Shown here one piece after another: positions 36,701 through 49,543 of a DNA stretch of 64,000 nucleotides. This stretch comes from Heterodontus francisci. Its lineage: Eukaryota. Numbering within the stretch: position 1 is the first letter of the stretch; every line of letters starts with the position of its first letter. The stretch covers positions 11,881,344-11,945,343 of the forward strand of contig NC_090417.1 of NCBI RefSeq assembly GCF_036365525.1, given 5' to 3'. A program made the translations under genes and the position numbers. The notes beneath the pieces are model-generated. The model saw only the letters and a program-made list of their open reading frames with translations. It was not told where the DNA came from and did not search any database.

Positions 36701-39700
36701 TTTTTTTGGTTCATTTTGTTCAAACACCAGACCTGACCACCGAAATGGGCTTTTCACTGGTTGGGTTGGGAATAGAGAAACGGCCGTATCCGTGCCCTTG
36801 TGCTGGGGTGCAGTTCCACGGGTGCTAGCTCAGAGACAGGACCTTACCTAATGGCCACTCTTGAAATGAGTGGTAGCAGATCGCAGGGCTGGGTAGGTAG
36901 GGGACATCCTAGACAATTTGCCATTGCTCGAACACGCACATTTAGGAGCAGGCGTCAATACAGAGAGATTCTTCTTCCCTCCTCAATGAGGGTGTGGAGC
37001 CCAATTCTAAGTGCTCAAAATTGTAAGCTCTTCTCTGTCCCTCACCAGCGTGTGCATTTACAAACCGAAGCATTGAGCTGCAGGCTGATTTATATTTTGC
37101 ACTATGCTTTAACGATCATATCTTGGACACTATATAGGCAACTTTCTCTTTAAACTGACCAGCAGTCAGTTTTGTAAATTATTGCAGCACAGACCGAGGT
37201 GAGACGTCAGGAGTTGGTTGTGTTCCCAGAAAACACCGAACCTGTGGAACTGGCTCCTGTCTCAGGTCGTGGAGGCTGATTTGCTGAATTGAGAGCTGGA
37301 TCTCTTCCTGGCTGGGGCAGAGATCACCTCATGTAAGAGCTAGTGTAATGATCACTGGTTTCCATTGCTGAATGGGAACTTTATATGTTCCTTCCCCAAG
37401 CACGGCCTCAGTTTTATTTTTTCTTCTGACCCCTCAGGATATTATACTGCTCGAAGTGGGGGTTTGGAAGCCAACGGTATGTCGCACCCTTGATAGCCCA
37501 GTAGGTATTTTTCTGTTCAACATTTTTCATAGCTAACTCCACACTATTATCACAACTTAAATTCATACCATGCTCTCACCATACAACATGATGCAAAATA
37601 CTACAGTCGTTCAAAACAGAAGGAAAACATTGAGTGTGGCCCCAGTACAGAAAAATTAGTTAAAGGCTTGGAACTGAAGATGAGATCTGCAAGGCTTTAA
37701 AATGGAGAGTAGCAGCAGCAGGCTGTTTAGCCTTAAAAGCCTGCACCGTCCTTCAATAATATTATAGTGGCTTTCTTGAGACCACTGAGGTTTGCAAGGC
37801 TCGGTCTCTTTTTTTTCTTGAAAAAGAAGGCGGATGGGTGACTGAAGAGAGGTCTTTGAAATACTGGAAGGTTTGGATGGAGTAGATGGAGAGACAATGT
37901 TTCTTGTGGGGAAGAGCATGATCAGAGGCTATTGATCGTCGGCAGGGAATCCAGAAGGGACTTGGTTGAAAGAGTGGTGAGAATGTGCATTTTGTTGCCA
38001 CACTGAGTGGTTGGAGAGAATGGGAGATGCATTTAAGGGGAAACTGGACAAACTGATGAGGAAAAAGGTTATGATCCATTTGAAAAGAGGAAAGATGGGT
38101 GAAGCCATGAGTGGAGCATAAACAGTGACATGAACAGTAAAATAAAAGCAAAATACTGCGGATGCTGGAAATCTGAAATACAAACAAGAAATGCTGGAAC
38201 CACTCAGCAGGTCTGGCAGCATCTGTGACATGAACAGGTTCAGCCAAAGGCATCTTTCTCTGCTGTTTATCCTGTGTAATCCTATGTAATATGTAAAGTC
38301 TGCTTTCCCACACATTTGTAAATCTATCAATCTCTGTCTGTCTGACATATGCTCAACAACTGACCTTGAACAACCTGCTGGGCTAGCAAGTTCCAGAAAA
38401 ATAGATGTTTTATTACTGTCTGCAAAACCTTTCTGTAACTCGCACTCATGGGTTTTGCTAAGCCTTTTTGCCAACACTCGTAGGTTCATACAAATGTACT
38501 GTTTCTAAGTCTTCCATATTTTTCTATGTTTGATACAAATTGCAGATATTGAGCACTGAGTGGGCACCAGTACAAAGTGGATTGGAGGAGTTCTTTTTTG
38601 AAGGAGCACCAACTCTTGCTGTGTCTTGAAATATCTCCCTCTATTGGCAATGAGAAAAGAGCTGGGGACAGTTACAGTAACATGACACTAGATTCAGTCT
38701 GTGCATGTATTCGGCATCACCAGTCCTTCTTCTGTCTGTGTGCAATGTCTGGACACATACCCTTCACACTGGGACTCCTGGTTTATTATTCCCATCCCTT
38801 TAACGAAGGATGGACATAATTGGAGTCAATGGTAGAGACAGGGGTGGGCACTTTGGCTCGGTACTACATCACCATTTACCAACTATGCCACTTCAGGCAT
38901 CAGCAATGCAATTCCTCAGCTGCAGATTCTCAGTAACTGCCAGCTCACAAAGGAATATGCATAGCAATTTTCTTGAGATGGTTAGAAGTGTCAGGAAAGC
39001 TTCCAGACGTAACACAGGGCGTCAGATGTTTTGCACATAATACAGAAACACACAAACAAGGATAACCGCAGCACACAATGTGAACACCCACATAGACACA
39101 GCTGTGAGGCTTAGAACCTTCTGTGGGTTGGAATGACTCATTGCACAACAGAGAGTGTGGACAAAAGGTGGGATCCTACAAGAAATTACAGCGATGTGGA
39201 GAATCACAGAGGTCAAGCTTCGTTTATTGGTCTAAGTATAGTGAAGCAAACAGCTAGTATTTTTCAAGGGTGGTATCAATGCCGTTGGAAAAATGTGCCA
39301 CACATCGTTGTAACATGTTTTCTTCTAGCAGGGCAATAGACGCTTGCCCTCAAACTTTTCTTCCCTGCCTTTTCTTTCCCTCCCCCCCGCCCCCCCCCCC
39401 CCTCCCCCAAAATGTGACTTGAATGGTTGGAAAGGTGAATATTTTTATTCTCTAATTTTCTCCTCTTCTTATGACGACGTACTCTACAAGCATACGGTTC
39501 AATGGGTGTTGGCATCTCACCCAAGTACCTGCTCTCCACACCTGAGCATCAGCAAGCTACTCCGCTCCACTGGACATCTAGCTCTGGTGTTGGTTTTGGT
39601 GCCTTATCAGGAGAGACAGACAAATTCACCACTGATCCTGCTCTAACTTGCCATGCAGTGAGCAATGCTGGAAAATGCACATGTGCACTTCAGGTGAGGA

Positions 39701-41269
39701 TAGGATGGGTGCACATGTGATGCCTTCCATTGCCAAAGTCCTTGCTGCCATTCAATGTCGATTCACACAGGAAGAATGCTGGTGGAGCTGACTTCACCAC
39801 TGGCCCAGATTCTAAGACTGCTCGTTACGCAGGGCTGTAACGTTTCACAAAATCACAATTCTTACAGCACAGAAGGAGACTGTTTAGGTCATCGTGCCAA
39901 GGCCGGTTCTCCAAAAGAGTTATTCAATTGGTCCCGCACCCCTGCTTTTTCTATCTGCCCCTGAAAATCTTTCTGCTTGTATTTATCGAATTCCCTTTTG
40001 AAAGTGACAATTGAATCTGCTTCCACCATCCATTCAGGTAGTGCATCCCCCATCATCATAAGCTGCAGAAAAACAAAATGCTGTTAATCTTCTCCAGCTC
40101 TTCAATCAATTTCCTTAAATCTGTGTCCATCATGAAATACATTTATGCTACCTCAATTCAATTTTTGTGGTTATGGGCTGACAGTGTAAAATTGTCCCAA
40201 TTAATCTCACTCAGGTACTACAGTTTGATGGGTGTTGGTAAAATATCACACCTACACATATGCATTGAGGCGAGGTTGATGGGGGGTGTTACTCTGGCTT
40301 CAGTGCAAAATAGTTTTAGTGAAATTTAGTGGAAAAAGTTCACGCTGTGAAAATCTTTTTCAAAAATCCGTCACCAACAATTGGAATCTTCTTTGAGTCT
40401 TTCATGTAGTAAAACATCCCAAGGTGCTTCACAGGAGTGTTGTAAAACAAAGTTTGAAACTGGGGCACAGAAAGGCAGATTACGAAAAGCTGTCAGTGGT
40501 GGGTTTTAAGGAATAGGCAGAAAGGTTGAGTGTTGGAATGCCACAGCTCATGACTTTGGCTGGTGACGGCACGGTTGCCATTGGCCAAGTGATGAAAATC
40601 GGGGATGCGCTCGAGGTTGGAATTAGAGGAGTACGGATATGGAGGAGGGTTCTGGGCTGGAGGATATTACAGAGATAGGGACTGGTCAGGCCATGGCGGG
40701 CTTTGAAAACAAGGACGAGATGTTGCTTTACTGGAAACCAATTAAGAGTAGTGAGCAAAGGGCTGCTGTGAATGGGAGTTTGGTGGGAGTTAGGACACGA
40801 GCAGCCGAATTTTGCATGACATCACGCTGGACAGAAAGTGGGAGGCTGGCAAGGATTGCATGGGAATAACCAAGCCGACATACAGCAAAGGCATGGATGA
40901 CAATTTCAGCAGCAGATGAGCTGAGGCAACGGCAGCGTTGGGCGATGTTCCAGAGATGGAAATAGGTCTTGGTGATGGCGCAGATACGTGGGCGGAAGCA
41001 CAGTGATAATAATCCTTATTATAAAGCACTGTAAAACATCCTCGTGCACTTGAGGAACACTGTGCCAACCCAAGTCATGAAACAGAAGGATTTTTTCTCT
41101 CTTGCAGCATCACTACAATAGTTTGCATTTAGTATAGACCTCCAGATGTGAAGGAAGACACAAAGGGGTACAGTCGATAGTATTGAAAGGGAGGGGGGGG
41201 GGGGGGGGGGGGGTGGAGAACTACATGTGACCAAGTGACAGCACCTTCAGGATAGAAGACTGAGAAAGG

Positions 41270-42255
41270 TACAATGGCCATTGTGGGATGGGAAAAAATC
41301 CACTGTTGGACCAAACCATACCACCTATCCTTCGTGGAAAGGTTTGTGCAGAATAACACCTTTGACCACCAATCCATCAGTCAGTGGTCTGCACGGAATG
41401 TCCTCAATGCCCTACGGGATAAGGATATGGGGGATCCTGTCGGATGGTTCCCTGAGCAGACTGCCAAAGTCATTTGGCAGATTGTCTCATCACCAGAACT
41501 TTCAAACAAGCACCAAGATGAAGCTTGGCTGGTGGTGAGAAGTTTCATCCCCGTCAGATCCTTCCTGTACGCCCAGAATCTCATCCCCTCCGCACGCTGC
41601 CCTCGAGGTGGCTGTGGTGGGGAAGAGACTGTTGCCCACCTCCTTCTGGAATGTGCCTTTGCAAAGCAGGTGTGGAAAGAGTTGCAGTGGTTTTTGGCGA
41701 GGTTCATCCCAAGCAGCTCTGTAACACAGGAGTCTGTGCTCTACGGGCTGTTCCCAGGGACGCACACCAAGATAAACATCAACTGCTGCTGCAGGACCAT
41801 CAGTTCAGTGAAAAACGCCCTTTGGTCTGCCCGAAACTTGCTGGTCTTCCAGCACAAAGAGTTGTCCACGACCAAGTGTTGCAGACTGGCACATTCCAAG
41901 GTCCAGGACTACGTGCTGAGGGACGCACTAAAGCTTGTTGGGGCAGCCGCCGCAAAGGCTCAATGGGGAAAGACCACTGTGTAAGGTCCTCCCACCATCG
42001 TGAACTGAGGGGCTGGAACGCATTGAAAACCCCTCAGGCTGCATGCACCAAAATATGGTTTTGCTGTGTCATGCAAATGTACATTGCGTGTAAAATGGAA
42101 TGGAAGGGTTGTGAGGCAACTCACTCCTATATTGAAGAAAATTGATTTCCTTTGCACTTGTTGGAATGTCAACTTGGTGCTGTTTTGAACTGTTTTGTAA
42201 TGTATTTTTCTTTACAGAGTTTTATGAATAAAGTATATTTTGGGGGGGGAAAAAA
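41270..42255 (+). mobile_element. Tx1/L1-clade non-LTR retrotransposon, 5'-truncated 3' end
   Basis: Uninterrupted 236-aa ORF 41274-41984 with C-terminal zinc knuckle CPRGGCGGEETVAHLLLEC; 3'UTR with AATAAA at 42227 and short A tail. Confidence 0.85.
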
Positions 42256-44452
42256 TCGACTGCAAGGATTGAGAGCCCCTGTGTGAGCAGAGTGCTTTTG
42301 TTGCGATTGGAGACACAGAATTTCAAATTCAACTTCAGCAATGTTTCCAATGACAGGGAGGAATCACAAGGGCATAGCCCTTTTAAAGATACAGTGTCAA
42401 AATAAGGTGTGGGCTGGAAATGACTACGTCAGGGAATTTCAGGAACTGCATGATAACCCTGGTGTCAAACAGCTGGTCGCTGGGTACTGTAGTTTGCAAT
42501 TTGCTTCAGTCACTTCCCTTAGTTTGCAGAACAAACACTACAACTCCCAGCAGCCGGTGCAGGAGCTAAGAATTTCTGTGGCAGGGAAAATGCATGATAA
42601 CCAGCTTTCATTTACTGCCTGGCTGTTGCGAATTGTGATTTTTTAATAAAAATAAGGGACCAAGCAGGGAGAAGTGGTGGGGATAGATTCGGAGTGAAGA
42701 TTGAGAGAATTGGGTCCAAAATTGTCTGCATCGACCAATTTTTTTTGGGGGGGGGATGGGGGAGGGAGGTGCAGGGAAGTTAAATTTTTGGACTTTACAC
42801 AGCTTGTCATTGACCTTATTTATGACATTGTCTCTCCTCCGGAAGATGCTGTCTCTTCCTGGAATACAGCTGACAAAAGCACCTGTTCACCTCCAGTCAC
42901 AAGTAGCCACTCATTCCTGCGGGCACAGACCGGAACCGTCGGCTGCCTATTCAACCGTGGGAGCCTTCACAGCCGAGCCCGACACCGTCCTCACTGGAAG
43001 CCCGGAGGGGTGATCTTTGTTTGCAAGCACACCAGCCAGGAGCTGTGTTGAAGTGCAGAGATATGGCAAAAAAAAAATCATATGCCAGTTTGTCCGCCTG
43101 AGCAAAAGTTAGTTGCCCAACAATAAATTTGGCTGTGTCTCACCCACAGCCAGTGAATAAACGGAGGAGAAAGAGACACTTTGGCATTTAAAAAAAAATA
43201 TAATGAATTCTGGTGACATTTCTGAACTCTGAAAATGTGGAACTCGCTCCCACCAGAATTAGTTGAAGGGGATGGTTGGTCAGCACACGAGGGCGAAGAA
43301 AGGAATAGGTTATGCTGAAATCTAAAGGGAAAAGGCAGGAAATACTCAGCAGGTCAGGCAGCATCTGTGGAGAGAGAAACAGCCTGGCCCGCTGAGTATT
43401 TCCAGTATTTGCTGTTTATCTTTCCGATTTCCTGCAGTCATATTGTGGCAGGTTGTGTTGCTGAGATGAAATTCGTGCGAAGCATTAAGACTAGGATTGA
43501 TGGGGAGGGCCGAATGGCCGGTGCTGCAAGTTCCATTTTAATTGCAGGGAATAGAAATTGCTGTGATTTTTTTTTTTAAAACCTCCACATGCCCCCATCT
43601 AGAAGACACACCACGTACACACTTCAAACCATCCGCATATTTGCATTTTGCAGTCCCGAGAGATCGTGGGATTTAAAAAAAATTGCATCGATGTTTCAAC
43701 AAAGATCTATTTAGGTTACTGATTCTCCGCCCACAAAAAGACTCGGTGGGAGGGCTGAAGGCACCAATTGGGAATGCAATTGAAAAAAAAACTTGCCATG
43801 AATTGGAAAGAAAACTGGAGAGAGAGAGAGGAGGGGGGAAGAATGCAAGGAATTGTGAATGATTTTTGCTCTGCCGCAAAGTGACATATCGGGCCAAATT
43901 CCCTGCGCAAGTCAGGTGCAGGATTTTTTGCCAGTGGAAAATTATAGTGAGAGAGAGAGGAAAAAAAAATCGACAGCAACCAGAATGCTTCGGAGTGTCA
44001 GAGCTTCAGTTCCGGAGTAAAGAGGCGATGAGCAGGTCATTAAACAGCATCTTGTGATCTTGCTTGTTCCATTTTGATGCGATCGATCAGGAACTAAGAA
44101 GGGGGTTAGAGAGAGGGGGGTGAAAACAGCACACACATTCAGAGTAACACACACACACACACATAGAGAACTGGTGGCTGTGTTTCTGTTGGGGTTCGTC
44201 TGGTGCCTTTTGTCCTTTCGTTTTCGTTACAGTGGCTGAAACTGACGCGTTTTGTTCATTTGTACTTGCAGACTGGGGCTTCTCAGCTGTTGTGACATCG
44301 CTGAACTGGAATTGCTGTCTGCAAGCCCCCACCCCTCCTCCATTGCCAGCACCAACTCTTTTTTTTTGTTATCGTGTTGTTAAATTGCAATCCCCTCCAT
44401 CCCCCTCACCCTCCTCCAAAAAAAAGAACTTCCTCCCGTTGTCAATCCAGTC

Positions 44453-45136
44453 ATGCTCCAGAATGACACTAAAAGGCAATCAGTTTGCTGCCCCTATCTG
44501 GAGCAAAACCTGGAGTCCTTGAAAAGCGCAGAGGTCAGTAGCGGGGATGGGATCTCCCAGGTGGACCGCCCCCCTGCCCCGACCAGCTTGGTTCTTCAAG
44601 ATCAAGGAGGTAGCACCTCGACGCTTAACACTCTCGGATGGTCAACCAGCCAGGCCGGCGATGACAGTCTTCTTCAGCAAGGGGTGCTGCCATCTGCTAT
44701 GTTGTTACCAAAGATGGTCCACCTGGGACCTCTCTTTGGAGGGACTTTCCCCTCGGTGCAGCAGATGGGGTTGTCACAGCAGCACAGGAGGTCACCACTC
44801 GGCCAGCCTTCTCACCAAGGGACCTTCTCCCAGAGGAACAGCTTTAGCCCCCAGCAGCAAACCTTCAGGGCTCTGAACTGGAGCAGCCACCAGCACCAGA
44901 GTGGAGGTGGCTGGGGCACAGTCACCAGTAACTGCGGTCGGGGCTTGAGAAGATCTGTTGGAGTAATGGGCGTCTCGAACTCAATTCCTTCCTGCTCCTC
45001 CAAGAGGTCTTACTCCAGTCACGTGATGGTGCCTCCAAAACTAAACAGAGGCCGCTCGGCATTTGCTCCCAAATCCTGGATGGAAGAAAACCCGCTGAGA
45101 ACAGATGGCATCAGCAACTGGCTGCCTCACCATCAG
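44453..45136 (+). CDS. CPEB2/3/4-subfamily cytoplasmic polyadenylation element-binding protein, first coding exon (disordered N-terminal region)
   Basis: 684 nt (228 codons); ATG preceded by in-frame TAA at 44381; CPEB-type motifs FGGTF, QQHRRSP, GGGWG..GRGLRR, PPK, SAFAPKSWMEEN..RTD; ends CAG|gtaaac. Confidence 0.88.
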
Positions 45137-48004
45137 GTAAACCGCTTTTTACATTGTGTAAATGTAACAGTATGGTGGAAAGTACTTATACTATTGCTAT
45201 ATATTAACATCAGAGCTTGGAGTAGGCCGTTCAGCCCTTCGTGCCTGCTCTACCATTCAGTATGATCATGACTGATCTTCTTCCATGATCCCCATATCCC
45301 TCCCTGAGACTATGACGCTTAGTTTGTGATTCCCCAGCGAGAGGAAACAACCTCCCAGCGCCTCCCCTATTGAGCCCCAAAAGAATGTGATATGTTTCAA
45401 TGAGGTGGCCTCTTAGTGTTCTAAATTCCAGGCAAGGACGGTCCGGTCTACTCCATCTCTCCTCACAGGACAATCCCCCTCATCCCAGGAATCAGTCTCA
45501 GTGAACCTTCACCACATTCTCTCCAAGGCGAGTAAATCCTGACCACGGGCCTCATGAAAAAATCATCTCCACCTGCTCTCCCCCAATTGCTGATTGAGTA
45601 AAATGCACTGCACGGCGTGGTACTCCGCTCCTACAGACCAAGGGGGACTCGGGTTCATTACCTCATCTGTGAGACAGCAGCCCTCGGGACGGAGGGAAAC
45701 AATCAGCCAGGATTCTGAGTTCAGACACCACACCCACCCCCTTCTCAGGAAAGATGCCACAGTTTGGTGTCAGATGAGGTCAGAATTGGTGCTCAGTTGT
45801 GATTTATGTTAATTTCCCCCCCCCCCCCCCCCCACAAAATACAATTATCCATCTCCTCCTGCAAACTTAATTCAGGGATGTTTTATATTATTGCCCAAAT
45901 CCTGCCGAATATGTAATGTTCTTGACATTTGGGGGGGGATAATCTTTTGCTTCCCCTGAGTTTACTGTGTTGTTGCTCCACAACTTGCCAAGATATCTCG
46001 GCTTCGAAAATTCTGCCTTCATGCACATCCCGAATTTTAATCGCTCCATCGTTGATGGCCGTGCCTTCAGCAGCCCCAACCCTGAGCTCGAGAATTCCCT
46101 TCCTAAACCTCTCGGTCCCTCTCTCCTCTTCTTCCAGGCTCCTTTAAGTCCTTACAAGTCCTGATAGCTCCCCATGTGCCTCTGTGTCATATTTTCACTG
46201 ACAATGCATCTATGAAGTGCTTTGGGGCATTTTGCGACAATAAAGGTGCTATATAAATGCAATTTTTTGCTCTTATGGTTTCCATAAATGAAGGGCGTTT
46301 CAGTCCAATGACGTGGCCAGGCCTACACAGTCGGCAGTAAGGGAGGAAAGCGAGGTTCGTGCTTCAGCAGAGCCTGCCCAGGTTCTCCCCAAGACGCTAA
46401 CCTCTTCCATCTCTGATCAGCCACAGCTGGACGAGCATTTTCTTGGTTTCTTTCAGATTTGCTGCATTCTGTTTTTATACTTTTAAGTCTGTACTTTTAC
46501 CCAATTCATATTTCCAAATCAGACGGATTGATCTCGCTGTATTTTGGTGGCCTTAAACTATGCATCATCAAACTAAAATAAGGTGTCAATCCATCTGACC
46601 AAGATGGTGGGAACAGATTAAGCAGAGGGCTTGAGGAAAAGACATTTTCTGGCTTGCAAGCCATTTTCAACTTCAGAAAAAGCAGCCTGAAATCATCAGA
46701 GGTGTACAATGGAAATCCAGTTGCAGAAGTGGCATAGTTGGGTTGTGTGACATTTTGAGGTCAAATGTGATTGCCAACAGACCAGATTCTGAATGGAGGG
46801 AGTACGAGAGGTGGATCAACAAAGGGACTGTCCCCCAGTAGGAGTCACCCCTTCGGAAAAGGGGAATAGGTTGAGAGGGGGTTCTGGGGGAAAGGAATCA
46901 AAATTTCCTAATTTAGAGCATGTAGCTGAAAGACAGTGACAATCTTCTCTTTCTCATTCCTCCTGGCTTTAAATGCCTACGATATCATTGTGAGTTTTTG
47001 GCAAAGCTGCTCTTTTCAGATTTGGCGAAACAGAGCCATTTTCAACAATGTGAGACTTGAAACAGTGACACCTTTTTTTTTTCTGAGAGAGTAGAGTCAG
47101 TTTCAGTTGGACCTGCTGCCTTGAAGATTTGGCTAGTATCTTTGGGTATTCATAATCGCACTTGCAGCTTGTGTTTTCTTCTCCTTGTGTCTTGCTGAGT
47201 GATCCAAAGGTGCTGACTCTTGGTGATTCCATGGGGACGGACAGCTGTCCACTGCCTCACCCAGACATCCCTTTCTTGGTCTTCGTGTAGATGGTGAGTG
47301 CTCACCTGCGGATTGGGGGCATGGCGCCTGAGTTCGATCCTCTCCGCAGCAGAGGTCACCGGAGAAGGATTTGGAGAGGCAATCCTGCCATCCCCCATTC
47401 CGTCTCATCTTAGTCCATGGGCACTCAGGTTACCTGTCAACCTTAAGTCACTGACTGCTACTTCTTAGTGGGAAGAGGCTGCACTGAACCTCTGACCTTC
47501 TCGGCTGAACAGCTCTGTTGGCACATCAGCTTCCATGGAGTTTGGAGGCAGATTCCTTTTTGGTAACAAAATTGTCGAGAAAGTCAGTCCTAATTTGTGG
47601 TTATATTAACATTGACGGCCATGCTGTCCAGTCTCAAAGCTCTGGAATTCTCTCCCTAAACCCGTCCGCCTTTCTACCTCCCTCTCCTTGAAGATATTCC
47701 TGGAAACCTACCTCTTTTGACCAAGCTTTTGGTCACCTCTCCTCATATCTCCTTAGATGGCTCAGCATCAAACTCTGACAATGCTCCTGTGAAGCAACTT
47801 GGGACGTCTTCGTGTGTGAAAGGCGCGATAGAAATGCAAGTTGTTGTTGTCCGTTTGAAGTCATTCTGCATATTGTTGATTGTGCATTGCCTTGTGAGAG
47901 GAGTGGGTCGCGAGCTGCAGTTTTCCTGGTCTCGCACTGCTTGCACTAGGAGTCGTGAGGGTCATGGGGGAAAGGCAGCTTGTTTTGACCTTGGTCTTGG
48001 GGTG

Positions 48005-48340
48005 GTTAAAGAAAGGAAAGGCTTACATTTTTATAGCACTTTTCACGAACTTAGGATATCCAAATGCACTCTCCAGCCCATGAAGTATTTTATTTTTGAA
48101 GTTGGAATCTAGGATACATGGCAGCTAACTTGCGCACAGCAAGCTCCCACAAACAGCACTGAGATAATGAGCAGATAATTTTTTTAGTGATGTTGATTGA
48201 AGGGTAAATATTGGCCAGGACACCATGGAGAACTGCCCCGCTCTTCTTCGAAATAGTGCGATGGGATCTTTTGTGCCGCCTGAGGGGGGTAGATGGGGCC
48301 TCAGTTTAATGCCTCATCTGAAAGAGGGTACCCACGACAG
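48005..48340 (-). mobile_element. DeuSINE (SacSINE1-like) copy, 5'-truncated
   Basis: Shares TTGCGCACAGCAAGCTCCCACAAACAGC and downstream blocks with 50478-50880 and 52530-52985. Confidence 0.7.
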
Positions 48341-49500
48341 GGGATATGCCTGTGGCTTATGGTGGGGGTGGGGGAGAAAGGAAGATCCCTGACAGTGCTG
48401 TGACAGCAAGTGGCTGATCAGACGTGTAGAATAAAGCTTCAGATGTTTGTGGGGACAACATTAAGTTGTGAGGGGTGTCGGAGGCATTCGAGCCTGCCTG
48501 CCAACTTGGCTTTAAGATGAGGTTGGTGCTTTCGGTGTGAAATTAAGGACAATTGCAGGAAGATAGAAGAAAAAAGTAATCTTCGTTTAAAAAAAAACCC
48601 CCAAGGATTGCCTGTTTATTATATGCAGTATCTTGCTGGAAATCTGAAGGTCAGAGAAGATGTTCAGCAACTAAATCTACCAGCACTCAGGGTTGCTGGG
48701 GGAACAGGTGGTGAATAGGAAACACAGCTGTTCTTTCAGCTGTGTCTAAAGGTGAGGGAGGACTTCATTTTTTTGCAGAGTGAATCCTCCAGCCCAGAAT
48801 GATCGCAGCTTGCTTCCCCTGCCTTGAGTCGCAGTTAGCTGTCTGCTGCTGAAGGAATGGGTTGGCTGTTGTGACACTCAGCATCCCTGGGCGAGTGAAG
48901 GGGATTTGATTCTGCTTCCCTGCTTCGGGTCTCTATCCTGTTACTCCTCCCCTGCCTGACGATCAGTGAGGACAGCTCTGGGCTTGGCCGTGATGCCCTC
49001 GCTTGTTGAATAGCCAGCTAATGCTGATTATCTCTGCTCGTGCCTGAAAGTGAGCTATTTGGATAAGCTGCTGGCCAGACCCTGCAGGTTTTGCCACCAC
49101 TCTTCCCCACCACCCCCTCCCCTTCCCCCCCCAGCTGGCTCACCGTAGCACAAGCAGTGCTGAGGCCAGTTGTAATACCCCATTGTTAATTGAGCTGAGC
49201 TGTGCTAACTCAGTGCAGACCAGAGATAGAAGCTGGAGGACTTCTAACAGCTCCCAGTCCCTTGACGCCTTAATTTTACAATTCTCATCCACATGTGCAA
49301 ATCCCTTTGTGGCCTCGGCCCTCCCTCTCTCTCCAACCTCGTCCAGCCCTATAACATTCTAAGAGCTTTGCGTTCTTCCAACTCAGGCCTCTTTGTGCGT
49401 CCCCCAGTTCCTTTAGCCCACCATTGGTGGATGAGGCTTCAGCTGTCTTGGCCCAAGCTTCTCGCACTCTCTTCCTTAAACCTCTCTCTTTCTCTCCAAA

Positions 49501-49502
<2 letters not shown>

Positions 49503-49541
<39 letters not shown>
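49503..49541 (+). repeat. (CT)n microsatellite inside an L2 3' fragment (~49270-49710)
   Basis: Visible CT run flanked by L2-type 3' sequence ending TATAAATGTAAATTGTTGTTG. Confidence 0.85.

Positions 49542-49543
<2 letters not shown>

Noticed and set aside
37762-38489. 183-aa and 186-aa minus-strand ORFs
   Set aside because: They run antisense across CR1 and pLTR-derived repeat fragments and show no recognisable domain
45137-45265. C-terminal 42 aa of the 270-aa ORF (VNRFLHC...)
   Set aside because: Read-through into the intron after the CAG|gtaaac donor; CPEB homology resumes at 54760
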